Assembly: GCA_905233145.1 (NCBI GenBank)
Contig: CAJODI010000017.1
Coordinates: forward strand, 15,599-79,598
Direction of reading: 5' to 3'
DNA from: an uncultured Ruminococcus sp.
GTDB taxonomy: Bacteria > Bacillota > Clostridia > Oscillospirales > Acutalibacteraceae
Length of the DNA: 64,000 nt
Part shown: one piece after another, positions 17,076-28,138 of the stretch
Position numbering within the stretch: the first letter of the stretch is position 1
Layout of the letters: the number at the start of each line of letters is the position of its first letter
Program-made: the position numbers and the translations under genes
The notes under the pieces: generated by a model
Told to the model about the DNA's origin: nothing
Database searches by the model: none
What the model saw: only the letters and a program-made list of their open reading frames with translations

Positions 17076-17128
17076 GCAAAATTAAAATCTTTCCTTAGAA
17101 ATGCCCTGATCCGTAAGTTTTTACGGCT

Positions 17129-17263
17129 TAAATACTAATCTCAGATAAAAAGTGGACAAAGATTTGCGAGGATATTTTTCGCAAGACGAGGCGAAGGACG
17201 CCGCAAGGCTGTCGCCTTGCAAGGACGACAGATTGTCTATTTTTTATTTGAGTTTAGTATTAA
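17129..17263. mobile_element. MITE family 2, full copy
   Basis: TAA|ATACTAATCTCAGATAAAAAGTGGACAA...TTGTCTATTTTTTATTTGAGTTTAGTAT|TAA, ~28-bp imperfect TIR. Partial copies at 6946-6963, 17452-17481 and 19563-19629. Confidence 0.7.
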
Positions 17264-17329
17264 ATATAAAAACGCAGAGCTTCCTTTATTATTACGGCAT
17301 AAAATTGAATGCCGATACTCCACAAATAT

Positions 17330-17357
17330 ATTATAAGGAATATTTACAAAAAGTCAA
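17330..17357 (-). promoter_or_regulatory. sigmaA promoter of the SGNH-like gene
   Basis: TTGACT, 16 nt, TATAAT on the minus strand. Confidence 0.55.
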
Positions 17358-17375
17358 TCTTTCAATTTTAAATAG

Positions 17376-17413
17376 AAAAACAGCAGCCGAATTGTATACG
17401 ACTGCTGTTCTTT
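17376..17413 (-). terminator. Terminator downstream of gdhA
   Basis: AACAGCAG...CTGCTGTT stem with an A-tract on the + strand (U-tract on the minus strand). Confidence 0.6.
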
Positions 17414-17501
17414 TATAGGGAAAAGATATTAGGAAAAACTTTAGTGTTGTCTTATACTAATCTCAGAAAAAATTAGTATAAATTTGGCTCAACGCTTAAT
17501 A

Positions 17502-18944
<1,443 letters not shown>

Positions 18945-19188
18945 CTATACTTTTTTAAATTTTGCAATAGTTTTTGCAATATTCCTGCAAATTTTTTTAA
19001 AAAAATTGATTTTCCACTTGATTTACAGTGAATTATGCAATTTTCTTTAAAAAAAATTCTATATAAAAGCTAATACTAAAGGTTGTAATCAGGCGTTCCC
19101 GCTTGTTATTTTTAAACTTTTAACATATTTTTGAAGTTTTGTATAATTCAAAACTGAGTTTTCCACGCGATTTTAACAAACAAAATAG

Positions 19189-19229
19189 TTGCAAATAGAC
19201 ATATTAACATGTTATAATAGTGTTAATAT
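19189..19229 (+). promoter_or_regulatory. Promoter of the XRE gene with overlapping inverted repeat
   Basis: TTGCAA(19189-94), 18 nt, TGnTATAAT(-10 at 19213-18); ATATTAACA(19201-09) and TGTTAATAT(19221-29) flank the -10. Confidence 0.6.
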
Positions 19230-19257
19230 TACAATTTGTATAACGCGAGGTGGTATT

Positions 19258-19476
19258 ATGGACTATAACAAAAGACTTAAGGAATTAAGAATAACAAACG
19301 GATATACTCAGCAACAAATTGCGTTTATTCTTCATACGCGACAGGAACAGTACAGCAAATATGAAAGCGGTAAGCGCGAGCTTCCTATAAAGCATCTTAT
19401 AACACTATGCTGTCTTTACAGAGTTTCGGCAGATTATATTCTCGGAATCGAAAGGTTTATCAGCCCAAAACAGTAA
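19258..19476 (+). CDS. XRE-family helix-turn-helix regulator (72 aa)
   Basis: RLKELR...TQQQIA...YSKYESGKRELP...SADYILG; RBS GAGGTGG precedes ATG 19258. Confidence 0.88.
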   Translation: MDYNKRLKELRITNGYTQQQIAFILHTRQEQYSKYESGKRELPIKHLITLCCLYRVSADYILGIERFISPKQ

Positions 19477-19505
19477 ACGTTCTCTCCCCTATTTTCATGC
19501 AAAAC

Positions 19506-19551
19506 AAAAACGCTGCTTTTATATCTGCTCTGATATAAAAACAGCGTTTTT
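19506..19551. terminator. Bidirectional terminator between the XRE gene and lysA
   Basis: AAAAACGCTG-CTTTTATATC-TGCTCT-GATATAAAA-ACAGCGTTTTT. Confidence 0.7.
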
Positions 19552-19626
19552 ATGTTTTGCATGGACAACAACGCAGTATTGCGGAAATTAGACCGCAAAG
19601 ATTGTCTATTTTATTTGAGTTTAGTA

Positions 19627-20910
19627 TTATTTTTCGGTCAGGCTCTTGAACTCCGAGAAATCAAATGTTGCAAAATAATCTTGAGGAGTTTCGGCGCGGC
19701 GAATAACCTGATAGCTTCCGTCCTCTTTCAGAAGAAGCTCCGCGCTTCTAAGCTTTCCGTTGTAATTATAGCCCATCGAAAAGCCGTGTGCGCCGGCGTC
19801 GTGGATATACAGAATATCACCTATATCTATTTTCGGCAACATTCTGTCTATTGCGAATTTGTCGTTGTTCTCGCACAAGCCGCCTGTAACGTCGTATTTG
19901 TGGTCGCAAGGCGCGTTTTCTTTACCAAGAACTGTTATATGATGATATGAACCATACATAGCAGGACGCATAAGATTTGCCGCGCAAGCGTCAAGTCCTA
20001 TGTATTCTTTATAAATGTGCTTCTCATGAATTGCTGTCGCGATCAGCGCTCCATAGGGCGCGAGCATATATCTTCCGAGCTCTGTGTAGATTTCCACATC
20101 GTCCATTCCTTCGGGGACAAGAATTTCTTCAAACTTTTTGCGAACGCCCTCGCCTATTACAGCAATATCGTTCTTTGGCTCCTCAGGCTTGTAGTCAACG
20201 CCAACGCCGCCCGAAAGGTTGATAAACTTGATATGTACACCGGTTTTCTTGTGCAGTCTTACCGCAAGGTTAAAGAGGATTCCTGCAAGCTCCGGATAAT
20301 ATCCGTTTGAAACAGTGTTAGAAGCCAAAAACGCGTGAATACCGAATTCTTCGGCTCCTGCTGCTTTAAGCTCAACAAATGCCTTTTCCATTTGCTCTTC
20401 GGTCATTCCGTATTTTGAGTCGCCCGGTGTGTCCATAACCTGAATCTTGTCCTCACTGTCGGACATTTTGAAAACTCCGCCCGGGTTGTAGCGGCAGCAA
20501 ATTGTTTTTGGAACGCCGCATACCTTCTTTATAAACTCAACATGAGTGTAGTCGTCAAGATTAATATTCGCACCAAGGTCATAGGCTTTTTTCATATCCT
20601 CTGTAGGCGTTACGTTTGAGCTAAACATTATCTCGCTGCCGGTAATTCCGCACGCTTCGCAAAGCATAAGCTCGGTATATGAGGAGCAATCCATACCGCA
20701 GCCTTCTTCGGCAAGAATTTTCATTAAATACGGATTTGGAGTAGCTTTGACCGCGAAGTATTCCTTGTATCCCTTGTTCCAGCTAAAAGCCTTGTAAAGT
20801 GCTCTGGCGTTTTCTCTGATCCCTTTTTCATCGTAAATATGAAACGGAGTAGGCACTTCCTTAATGATTTCGCGCGCTTTATCAAGCGTCAAAAACGGTA
20901 TTTTTTCCAT
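19627..20910 (-). CDS. lysA: Diaminopimelate decarboxylase
   Basis: PLP lysine in YFAVKA, INLSGG, ELGRY, GGLCENND, GAHGFSMGYNYN. Confidence 0.93.
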   Translation of the reverse strand: MEKIPFLTLDKAREIIKEVPTPFHIYDEKGIRENARALYKAFSWNKGYKEYFAVKATPNPYLMKILAEEGCGMDCSSYTELMLCEACGITGSEIMFSSNVTPTEDMKKAYDLGANINLDDYTHVEFIKKVCGVPKTICCRYNPGGVFKMSDSEDKIQVMDTPGDSKYGMTEEQMEKAFVELKAAGAEEFGIHAFLASNTVSNGYYPELAGILFNLAVRLHKKTGVHIKFINLSGGVGVDYKPEEPKNDIAVIGEGVRKKFEEILVPEGMDDVEIYTELGRYMLAPYGALIATAIHEKHIYKEYIGLDACAANLMRPAMYGSYHHITVLGKENAPCDHKYDVTGGLCENNDKFAIDRMLPKIDIGDILYIHDAGAHGFSMGYNYNGKLRSAELLLKEDGSYQVIRRAETPQDYFATFDFSEFKSLTEK

Positions 20911-20912
20911 TC

Positions 20913-21512
20913 TTACTCTTCCTCCTCAAAATCTGTGATATATTCCTCGATTACTTCCTTAATATCGTCCATTCCCTCTCCGTTTACAGCCGAAAACGGA
21001 AGCAAGGTAACCCCTTCAAAGTCTCCCAGTTCATCCATAATTTCTTCAATCCGTTTTTCATAAGCTGATTTTTTGAGCTTGTCCTTCTTTGTCAGGACAA
21101 TTACAAAGGGCGCGTTGCTTTCGTAGAGAAATCTGAGCATGTCGTAATCGTCCTTTGTGGGTTTGTGACGGATGTCAATAATTTGAATAATCAGCGCGAT
21201 ATTTCTCTGCGACGAAAGATATCCCTCTACCAACTCAGCCCACCTTTGTTTTTCGGTTTTTGAAACCTTGGCATAGCCATAGCCCGGCAAATCTACCATG
21301 CGAAATTCGCCTAAACGATAAAAATTTATAGTGGCTGTTTTTCCCGGCTGTGCGCTGACTCTGGCAAGAGCCTTGCGCTGAACGAGCTTGTTTATAAGCG
21401 AGGATTTTCCGACGTTTGAATGGCCTGAAAAGACAACCTCAGGCAAGCTCGACGGCGGAAGCTGATTTGCCTTGCCTGCGGCAAACTCAAAGCTGACTTC
21501 GTTAAAATTCAT
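20913..21512 (-). CDS. engB: Ribosome biogenesis GTPase EngB/YihA/YsxC
   Basis: GHSNVGKSSLIN, DLPGYGYA, TKKDK; follows lon. Confidence 0.95.
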   Translation of the reverse strand: MNFNEVSFEFAAGKANQLPPSSLPEVVFSGHSNVGKSSLINKLVQRKALARVSAQPGKTATINFYRLGEFRMVDLPGYGYAKVSKTEKQRWAELVEGYLSSQRNIALIIQIIDIRHKPTKDDYDMLRFLYESNAPFVIVLTKKDKLKKSAYEKRIEEIMDELGDFEGVTLLPFSAVNGEGMDDIKEVIEEYITDFEEEE

Positions 21513-21523
21513 AAAGCTCTCCC

Positions 21524-23941
21524 CTATTGTCTGATCAAAGCGACAGATTCTGCCGCAATATGCGCCGGTTCAACGGGATTCCACTCAGATTCATTAACAA
21601 TAACCGGGTTCGTCACAGCGATTTTCAGCGCCTCTCCCAAGCTTTCAACCGGAACAAAACGAATTTTTTCCGACACCTCGGGTTCAAGCTCGCTCAAATC
21701 AGGTTTATTCATTTTGGGAATAATAACGGTATTTATGCCATGTTTATATGCCGCCATACTCTTTTCTCTCAGACCGCCGATCGGCAAAACCTTGCCTCGC
21801 AGCGTGATTTCTCCGGTCATTGCTACGTCGTGTCGCACCGTTTTAAGCGAGAGAGCCGAATAGATTGCTGTTGCCATTGTTATGCCGGCAGACGGTCCGT
21901 CCTTTGGCACCGCGCCCTCCGGCGCGTGGATATGTATATCCTTGGTTTTGTAAAAATCGGGGGAAATACCAAGCGCGGAAGCGTGGCTTCTTATACAGGT
22001 GACGGCGATTTTTGCAGATTCCTGCATAACATCTCCCAAAGAGCCGGTGAGTTCAAGCTTTCCGGTACCTTCCATTACAGAAACCTCAATCGGCAAAAGC
22101 TCACCGCCCATTGACGTCCAGGCAAGGCCGTTTACAACGCCAACCTCATCTGTGTTTGAATATGCGTCGGGCAGGTATTTTTTGTTGCCTAAAAGAATTT
22201 CGACAGCTTTGTCGTCAATTTTAAACACGGTATTTTCTTTTTCGAGTTTTTTTACCGCGCATTTTCTCATTATTGAAGCGATTTCACGTTCAAGAGTTCG
22301 CACTCCGGATTCTCTGGTATAATAATCAATAATATGATAAATACTTTTTTGAGTAAATTTTAGCTCCTTTGAATCAAAGCCGCAAAGCTCAAGCTGCTTG
22401 GGAATAAGGTGCTTTTTGGCAATATTGAATTTTTCAACTCTTGTGTAACTGTTTACTTCTATTATTTCCATCCTGTCTCTGAGAGGTGCGGGAATTGACC
22501 CCAAATCGTTAGCAGTGGTAATAAACATAACATTTGACAGGTCGAATGGAACATCTATATAATGATCAACAAATTTGTTGTTTTGCTCAATATCTAAAAC
22601 CTCAAGCAGAGCGGAGGTTGGATCACCTTTATAATCGCTCGACAGCTTGTCAACCTCATCAAGAATCAAAAGCGGATTATTTGTGCCGGCTGACTGGATT
22701 GCAGCCATGATTCTGCCCGGCATTGAGCCGATATATGTGCGGCGGTGACCGCGTATCTCCGCTTCATCTCTCACACCGCCGAGTGCGATTCGCTGGCATT
22801 TTCTGCCGATTGCATCAGCAATTGATTTGGCAATTGAGGTTTTTCCTACGCCGGGGGGACCGACAAGACAGATGATCTGTCCCTTTTGCTTTTCACTTAG
22901 CTTTCTCACGGCGAGCTGCTCTATGATTCTTTCTTTGATTTTTGGCAGTCCGTAATGAGTTTTGTCAAGTGAGCGGCGAATTGAGGAAATATTAATTTTG
23001 TCCTTTGTTGAAACGTTCCACGGAAGCTCAATTACAGTGTCAAGATAAGTGCGTATAACCGACGCTTCCTGGCTGCCGTAGGGCATTTTCATGAGCTTTC
23101 TGCATTCCTTGAACAAGGCTTCTTCACTTTTGGGGTCAAGCTTTAGCTCTTCAATTTGTTCAGCATATGCTTCTGCCTCTTCGGAAGGATTGTCGTCCTC
23201 GCCCAGTTCTTCTTCGATGGCACGTTTTTGCTCTCTGAGAAAAAAATCACGCTGGTTGTCATCAATTTTCTGTCTGGCTTTACGACTGATTTCATCCTCG
23301 ATTTCGAGTATTTGATTTTCGTTTACCAAAATCGACATCAAAAGCTCGAGCCTTTCTGAGGTATCGAGAGTTTCAAGCACTGCTTGTTTGGTATGAAAAT
23401 CCAGAATTATATTTGAGGTTATAAAGTCCGCCAGCTCGCCGGAATATTTGCAAAGGGCGATCTTAAAAATTATATCAGGTGAAATTTTTGGTGCGATGTC
23501 AATATATTTGTCAAATTCCTTACGCACCGCCCTTAACAAAGCCGTTTCACGAACAGTGGGGGCAATTCGCTCCTCATCCGGAGAAACAAGCTTTGTTACC
23601 TCAGCCATTAGGCAGCTGCTGTCGTAAACGGGAGCGCAGATTTTGGCTCTGTAGAGTCCTTCAATAACAATGCGCGTCGAATTTTCGGGCTGCTTCAAAA
23701 TTTGAACAACCTTTGCAATAACTCCGACAGAGTATAAATCAGACAATGTAGGATCGTTACTCGCAGCATCCTTTTGCGCAGTTAAAAAAATGAGCTGATC
23801 TCTGCGCATTGCTTTGTTTATTGCTGTAATGCTTTTGCTTCTGCCAACATCAAAATGAATAAGCGACTGTGGAAAAACCACAAGACCTCTCAGCGGCAGA
23901 ACAGGAACAATAACGTTATTGTTAGTATTTTGTGTTTCCAT
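21524..23941 (-). CDS. lon: Lon protease
   Basis: LPLRG N-domain, GPPGVGKTS, PKDGPSAG (catalytic Ser), IGGLREK; start taken at ATG 23941 after GGAG. Confidence 0.97.
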   Translation of the reverse strand: METQNTNNNVIVPVLPLRGLVVFPQSLIHFDVGRSKSITAINKAMRRDQLIFLTAQKDAASNDPTLSDLYSVGVIAKVVQILKQPENSTRIVIEGLYRAKICAPVYDSSCLMAEVTKLVSPDEERIAPTVRETALLRAVRKEFDKYIDIAPKISPDIIFKIALCKYSGELADFITSNIILDFHTKQAVLETLDTSERLELLMSILVNENQILEIEDEISRKARQKIDDNQRDFFLREQKRAIEEELGEDDNPSEEAEAYAEQIEELKLDPKSEEALFKECRKLMKMPYGSQEASVIRTYLDTVIELPWNVSTKDKINISSIRRSLDKTHYGLPKIKERIIEQLAVRKLSEKQKGQIICLVGPPGVGKTSIAKSIADAIGRKCQRIALGGVRDEAEIRGHRRTYIGSMPGRIMAAIQSAGTNNPLLILDEVDKLSSDYKGDPTSALLEVLDIEQNNKFVDHYIDVPFDLSNVMFITTANDLGSIPAPLRDRMEIIEVNSYTRVEKFNIAKKHLIPKQLELCGFDSKELKFTQKSIYHIIDYYTRESGVRTLEREIASIMRKCAVKKLEKENTVFKIDDKAVEILLGNKKYLPDAYSNTDEVGVVNGLAWTSMGGELLPIEVSVMEGTGKLELTGSLGDVMQESAKIAVTCIRSHASALGISPDFYKTKDIHIHAPEGAVPKDGPSAGITMATAIYSALSLKTVRHDVAMTGEITLRGKVLPIGGLREKSMAAYKHGINTVIIPKMNKPDLSELEPEVSEKIRFVPVESLGEALKIAVTNPVIVNESEWNPVEPAHIAAESVALIRQ

Positions 23942-24002
23942 ATTTTTCTCCGCGGATGTTTTTGGGGCATGTTTACCCATAACAAACATCTAAAATCAAA
24001 CA

Positions 24003-24031
24003 AAGCTGTATTGCGTAAATCAATACAGCTT
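24003..24031 (-). terminator. Hairpin between clpX and lon
   Basis: AAGCTGTATTG-CGTAAAT-CAATACAGCTT with a T-rich tail on the minus strand. Confidence 0.55.
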
Positions 24032-24074
24032 GAATTGTGCAAAACCCCTAAAAGCGTTTAGAGATTCCCTTGTA

Positions 24075-25418
24075 TTATGAAGCTGTACTGCGCTTCTGAC
24101 GTTTTGAGGTATCCTTCTTAGTTAAGCCAACCGACGATTTGATTGACTTTTCTTTGCGATGGATAATCTGAGGCTTCTGAGAATCAGTTACAACTCCCTT
24201 TGTAATGATGATTTTTTCAATTGTATCATCAGAAGGTGCCTCGAACATCAAATCCTTGAGTATGCCTTCCATGATTCCCCTCAAGCCGCGTGCGCCTGTA
24301 TGCTGCTCCTGAGCCTGCTGAGCAATGGCTTCCAGCGCCTCGTCCTCAAAAAACAGCTCAACACCGTCAAGCTCAAACAGTCTTTTGTACTGCTGAACTA
24401 TTGAATTCTTTGGAACAGTAAGAATCCTGACCAAGGCCTCGGTGTCAAGTCCGCTCAGTGCAGTGATAACAGGAAGTCTGCCGATAAGCTCTGGAATAAT
24501 TCCGTATTTTACGAGATCATGTGCGGTTACGTCCTTCATCCAGTCGGTTGCGTCAAGCTCTTTTTTTGATTTGACAAGCGATTCAAAGCCGATCACAGAA
24601 GAACCCTTGCGTTTTTCTACTATTTTTTCAAGACCGTCAAATGCGCCTCCGCAAATAAACAGTATATTCTTGGTGTCTATCTGCAAAAATTCTTGCTGAG
24701 GGTGCTTTCTGCCGCCCTGCGGCGGAACATTTGCGACGGTTCCCTCAACAATTTTGAGCAAAGCCTGTTGAACGCCCTCACCGCTAACGTCTCTGGTGAT
24801 TGACATGTTTTCTGATTTGCGTGCGATTTTGTCAATCTCGTCTATATAAATAATTCCTCTCTCAGCTTTTGAAATCTCAAAATCTGCTGCCTGAATAAGC
24901 TTTAACAAGATGTTTTCAACGTCCTCGCCGACGTAACCAGCCTCTGTGAGAGTTGTAGCGTCTGCAATTGCGAACGGAACATCAAGTGCCTTTGCGAGAG
25001 TTTGAGCCAAGAGCGTTTTTCCAACGCCGGTTGGTCCCAGCAAAAGTACGTTGCTTTTGGCAAAGTCAACGCTTTCGTCGTGAGCAAAGGCTCTTTTGTA
25101 GTGATTATAAACGGCAACACTGAGAGTAACCTTGGCTTCATCCTGACCGATTACATATTCGTCAAGCATCGCCTTGATTTCCTTTGGTTTAAGCAACTCG
25201 GCAATATCATAATCCGGTTCCTTTGGCGCAAGGTCGTGTTTATGGCTGTGCCACTGCTCACGCTCGGCTTCGCCGGATTCTTCAAGAATATTCATGCACA
25301 GACCTATGCACTGGTCGCAGATATAAACTCCGTTTCCGGCAATAAGCCTGCCGACCATCTCCTGCGGCTTGCCGCAAAAGGAGCAGTAAATATCCTTTTC
25401 GTTGTTTTTGTTAGCCAT
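24075..25418 (-). CDS. clpX: ATP-dependent Clp protease ATP-binding subunit
   Basis: CSFCGK zinc domain, [21 protein letters not shown] loop. Confidence 0.98.
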   Translation of the reverse strand: MANKNNEKDIYCSFCGKPQEMVGRLIAGNGVYICDQCIGLCMNILEESGEAEREQWHSHKHDLAPKEPDYDIAELLKPKEIKAMLDEYVIGQDEAKVTLSVAVYNHYKRAFAHDESVDFAKSNVLLLGPTGVGKTLLAQTLAKALDVPFAIADATTLTEAGYVGEDVENILLKLIQAADFEISKAERGIIYIDEIDKIARKSENMSITRDVSGEGVQQALLKIVEGTVANVPPQGGRKHPQQEFLQIDTKNILFICGGAFDGLEKIVEKRKGSSVIGFESLVKSKKELDATDWMKDVTAHDLVKYGIIPELIGRLPVITALSGLDTEALVRILTVPKNSIVQQYKRLFELDGVELFFEDEALEAIAQQAQEQHTGARGLRGIMEGILKDLMFEAPSDDTIEKIIITKGVVTDSQKPQIIHRKEKSIKSSVGLTKKDTSKRQKRSTAS

Positions 25419-25432
25419 TAGCTGTCCTCACC

Positions 25433-26014
25433 TTATCTTCTTTCGATTACCTTATCAATAAGACCGTATTCGAGTGCCTGCTGAGCTGTCATAAAGTTAT
25501 CGCGGTTGGTATCCCGGGCAATTACTTCAATCGGCTGACCTGTGTTGTCGGCAAGAATTTGATTAAGACGCTTTTTCATATCAAGAATATGTCTTGTATG
25601 AATCTCCATATCTGTTGCCTGACCCTGAGCTCCTCCGGAGGGCTGATGGATCATAATATCGCTGTTTGGCAGCGCGAGACGCTTGCCCTTTGCGCCTGCC
25701 GCGAGCAAAAACGCGCCCATGCTTGCCGCCATGCCCATACATATTGTTGATACATCACATTTTATATAGTTCATGGTATCAAAAATCGCAAAGCCGTCGG
25801 TAACGCTTCCGCCCGGACTATTGATATACAGACTGATATCCTTTGTGGGATCCTTGCTTTCAAGGTAGAGCAGCTGAGCCACAACTACACTTGCGCTGGC
25901 ACTGTTGACCTCTTCGTTGAGCATTATGATTCTGTCCTCAAGAAGTCTTGAATAAATATCAAATGAACGCTCGCCGCGGTTGGTTTGTTCTACTACATAT
26001 GGTACCAATGCCAT
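25433..26014 (-). CDS. clpP: Clp protease proteolytic subunit
   Basis: YINSPGG, AASMGA, MIHQP. Confidence 0.98.
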   Translation of the reverse strand: MALVPYVVEQTNRGERSFDIYSRLLEDRIIMLNEEVNSASASVVVAQLLYLESKDPTKDISLYINSPGGSVTDGFAIFDTMNYIKCDVSTICMGMAASMGAFLLAAGAKGKRLALPNSDIMIHQPSGGAQGQATDMEIHTRHILDMKKRLNQILADNTGQPIEVIARDTNRDNFMTAQQALEYGLIDKVIERR

Positions 26015-26057
26015 TTTATCAAAACCTTTCAATTTATTGTTTTACAATTGCGGTTGA

Positions 26058-27347
26058 TTATTCGGATTCTTTTATAACCGCACAGTTCTTTACAAGCTCA
26101 GCAGCCTTCTGAACCTTGATATCCTCTTCAAGACCTTCTGCAGGAATTGTGCTCTTAACCTTATCAAGGTCGGTCTTATAGGCTTCTGAAAGCTTTTCGT
26201 ATTCTTCGTTGATGTCGTCCTCGGAAACTTCAATGCCTTCTTTTTTGGCGATCGCTTCAAGAGCAAGTCTAAGCTTTACTCTCTTTTCGGCACCTTCTCT
26301 GTATGCCTCTTTGAGTGAATCATTTGTCATGCCCATGTATTCCATATAGGTTTTTATGTCCATGCCCTGAGAACGCAGACGCATGTCAAAATCACGAATC
26401 ATTTCGTTAGTTTTGTTCTCATACATTGCCTCGGGAATATCACCCTCTACAAGCTCAACAAGCTTTTCTGAGATTTTATCGTCAATATCCTTTTCGGCGT
26501 CATTTTTAAGACGTTCGGCGATTGTTTCCTTAAGTTCTTCCTTGTATTCGTCAAGGGTTTCTTTGTCGGAAACGTCCTTAACAAATTCATCGTCAACCTC
26601 CGGAAGCTCCTTTGCCTTGATTTCGTGAAGCTTGATTTTAAACTCTGCTTCCTTGCCCTCAAGCTCCTCTACCTGATAGCTTTCGGGGAAGGTTACAAAA
26701 ATTGAGAACTCTTCGTCCGTAGAGTGACCTACGATCTGCTCCTCAAAGCCCGGAATAAAGCTGTTTGAACCCAAAACCAGGTTATAATTTTCAGCCATAC
26801 CGCCGTCAAACTGTTCTCCGTCAACATAACCGTCAAAGTCTATAACAACAGTGTCTCCGTCCTGAGCAGGTCTGTCGTCAACGGTAACGATTCTTGAATT
26901 TCTGTCTCTGATTGCTTCAATTTCTTTGTCAACAAGCTCGTCTGTAACCTCGGTTGAAATCTTCTCAATCTCAATGCCCTTGTAATTGTCAATTTCGATT
27001 TCAGGCTCAACAATTACAGCCGCCTTAAAGGTAAAGCCTTCTTTTCCCGCTTCAAGAGCTTCAAGACTTTCAACCTTAACGATTTTTAAGTTGGCTTCTC
27101 TTGAAGCTTCATAGAGAGCCTCGGGATAGCAGTCCTGCATAGCGTCCTCGTAGAAAACCTCGGAGCCATACATTTTTTCAATAACTCTGCGCGGAGCCTT
27201 GCCTTTTCTAAAGCCCTGAATGTTAATTTTTTTAACCTGTTTTTTATATACTGTTTGCACGGCTTTTTCAAAAGTTTCGCCGTCAACCTCAACAATTATT
27301 TCATATGAATTTGCCTGTTCCTTTTTTGTACATTCCTTTAAAGCCAT
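26058..27347 (-). CDS. tig: Trigger factor
   Basis: GFRKGKAP signature and FKBP domain (LGSNSFIPGFEEQ); start after GGAGG. Confidence 0.97.
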   Translation of the reverse strand: MALKECTKKEQANSYEIIVEVDGETFEKAVQTVYKKQVKKINIQGFRKGKAPRRVIEKMYGSEVFYEDAMQDCYPEALYEASREANLKIVKVESLEALEAGKEGFTFKAAVIVEPEIEIDNYKGIEIEKISTEVTDELVDKEIEAIRDRNSRIVTVDDRPAQDGDTVVIDFDGYVDGEQFDGGMAENYNLVLGSNSFIPGFEEQIVGHSTDEEFSIFVTFPESYQVEELEGKEAEFKIKLHEIKAKELPEVDDEFVKDVSDKETLDEYKEELKETIAERLKNDAEKDIDDKISEKLVELVEGDIPEAMYENKTNEMIRDFDMRLRSQGMDIKTYMEYMGMTNDSLKEAYREGAEKRVKLRLALEAIAKKEGIEVSEDDINEEYEKLSEAYKTDLDKVKSTIPAEGLEEDIKVQKAAELVKNCAVIKESE

Positions 27348-27380
27348 TTTAGTATCCTCCAAAATAAAATATATCAACTA

Positions 27381-27409
27381 AGTATATCACAAGTCAATTT
27401 AAAAATCAA
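27381..27409 (-). promoter_or_regulatory. sigmaA promoter of tig-clpPX
   Basis: TTGATT, 17 nt, TATACT with TGn extension. Confidence 0.6.
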
Positions 27410-27448
27410 GAAATAAGCCAAAATAAACCTGTCAAATCCCTCGAAAAA

Positions 27449-28138
27449 TCATCTTATCAAAACCGGAGTAAATCCTACTCTGTCGCATGAAATCAGCCTC
27501 ATATCAATTCCTTTGTATTCGCCCTCAAACGCAAGCTTAATATTCTTTTTTCCGTGAATATGACCATACATGCATTTTTTTATACCGTATTTGATCAGCG
27601 TATCCATGATTTCAGCACATTCTACCGAGTGGTAATACGGCGGGTAGTGAAGAAATGCCACCGGCTCCTTACCTGTTTTAAGCGCGCTTTCGATTGAAGC
27701 GGAAAGCCTGCCAACCTCTCGGTTGAGCACTTTTATGTCCTCCGGGGTATCGTTTTCAAGAAACCAGCCTCTTGTGCCGCAGGCGACATAATCTCCGCAC
27801 ACGTAGGAATTGTTAAAGAGAATCGACATAGAATCAAATCCGCTTTCATCAAGAAACCGGTCGATTTTGCTTTTGGTGCACCACCAATAATCATGGTTGC
27901 CCTTCATCAACAGCTTTTTGCCGGGAAGACTGTGGATAAACGCAAAGTCGGTGTAGGCTTCCTCAAGCTTCATTGCCCAGGAAATATCACCGGCGATAAC
28001 CACCGTATCGTCGTCTGTAACGATTTTGCGCCAGTTTTCTTCGAGTCTGTCAACGTAATCGTTCCACCCCGAAAAAATATCCATCGGCTTATCCTCTCCG
28101 AGTGAAAGATGAAGGTCTGCAATTGCAAATAACGACAT
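27449..28138 (-). CDS. Calcineurin-like metallophosphoesterase
   Basis: DLH, GD, GNHD, H and GHIH motifs; TGATG overlap with the thrC stop. Confidence 0.9.
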   Translation of the reverse strand: MSLFAIADLHLSLGEDKPMDIFSGWNDYVDRLEENWRKIVTDDDTVVIAGDISWAMKLEEAYTDFAFIHSLPGKKLLMKGNHDYWWCTKSKIDRFLDESGFDSMSILFNNSYVCGDYVACGTRGWFLENDTPEDIKVLNREVGRLSASIESALKTGKEPVAFLHYPPYYHSVECAEIMDTLIKYGIKKCMYGHIHGKKNIKLAFEGEYKGIDMRLISCDRVGFTPVLIR

